A DNA stretch of 63,642 bases, counting the filler, from Choristocarpus tenellus KU-1152 (taxonomy: Eukaryota > Protista > Phaeophyceae), in assembly GCA_964200185.2 (NCBI GenBank). It is 11 parts of 11 records of this genome, joined end to end, with 100 filler letters (N's around TTAATTAATTAA, not from the genome) between each part and the next. Parts side by side here need not be neighbours in the genome. Positions count along the whole stretch, not along the records: positions 60,841 to 63,642 come from CAXNAD020024624.1; 10 more parts are not named here. One strand, 5' to 3'. Positions 62,966 to 63,642 of the stretch are shown in pieces (position 1 is the stretch's first letter; every line of letters starts with the position of its first letter). The notes beneath the pieces are model-generated. The model was not told the DNA's origin. It saw nothing but the letters and a program-made list of their open reading frames with translations, and ran no database searches. The translations under genes and the position numbers were made by a program.

Positions 62966-63642
62966 ATAAGTGATATTATTGTTAGAGGAAGGTTGGAGGT
63001 GTTGCAGCGTGTGTGAGCATGGTGAGGTTTTTGAAATGCGGATATCACGGGTGGAGCATAGGCAAAATAGGACATTTGTAACATGTTCACCAGAGTCTAT
63101 GTTTGTGTATAGCACATGAGATGTCACTATTATCATTAAAATGAGACCCTATCTTGAGACTGTTTGATACAATCGAGTGACATCTCAGTTAGATGGTAGG
63201 TTTACTACTCTTACTGTATTTTTTTTCAGTGAGAGTAGTATAGAGACAGGACGTCAATTGTACTGTTAACACAGAAACGTTTGTTAAAATAGTAACAAGA
63301 CATGTTGAGGAAGAGGACAAACTAGGCCACTTTTCATTTCAACCACTATACCACATATTAGCCAAGGGAAATCGTTTGAGGCTCCCATTTCCTTCCTCTC
63401 TCGACCTCCATCTCCATCTAGTCTTTCACTAATTGCACAAATGGCAATCTACCGAGTAAATCTGCAGAAGAGTGTTCTCCGATCCAACATGGTACACCAA
63501 CTGATTGGCTGGAGAGGAGAATACCGGGCACTGGCACCTTCTCAGCTTAACAGAGGACTGTGAACCCAGAACAGGTCGTATCTATTATATCGTGCACCAC
63601 CTAGACTCAAAGTATCTGGGGGGCGGGGGGGGGAGGGGGATC

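Noticed and set aside
1-63642. Apparent cluster of cilia/microtubule genes (MTBD-IQ, TTLL, MORN) and the apparent inverted arrangement of the two ParB-like copies
   Set aside because: They lie on different concatenated contigs, so adjacency and orientation carry no information.

Overview
This is eukaryotic genomic DNA made of 11 unrelated contigs joined by artificial 100-bp linkers (N44-TTAATTAATTAA-N44). GT-AG introns, flagellar-type genes and the transposon spectrum suggest a stramenopile, probably a brown alga (inference). Host genes, all partial, are an ankyrin-repeat gene set head-to-head with a giant multi-exon gene, a TTLL tubulin-modifying ligase, a MORN-repeat gene, a possible ITPK1-like gene and unknown exons. 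The giant gene fuses a stand-alone dynein-stalk microtubule-binding domain, an alpha/beta-hydrolase fold lacking the nucleophile Ser, about 6 IQ motifs and coiled coil. Mobile DNA is dense: a chromodomain Ty3/Gypsy, two Copia fragments, an APE-type LINE remnant, a DD39D plant-type mariner remnant, and at least four MITE families sharing GRSY(C/G)AAA termini with mixed 3/4-bp target-site duplications (TSDs). The most unusual signal is a dispersed element present on two contigs. It encodes a ParB/Sulfiredoxin-like domain (DGNHR motif) and is preceded by 200-320 bp tandem repeats whose palindromic site differs between the two copies, which is reminiscent of a ParB-parS pair.
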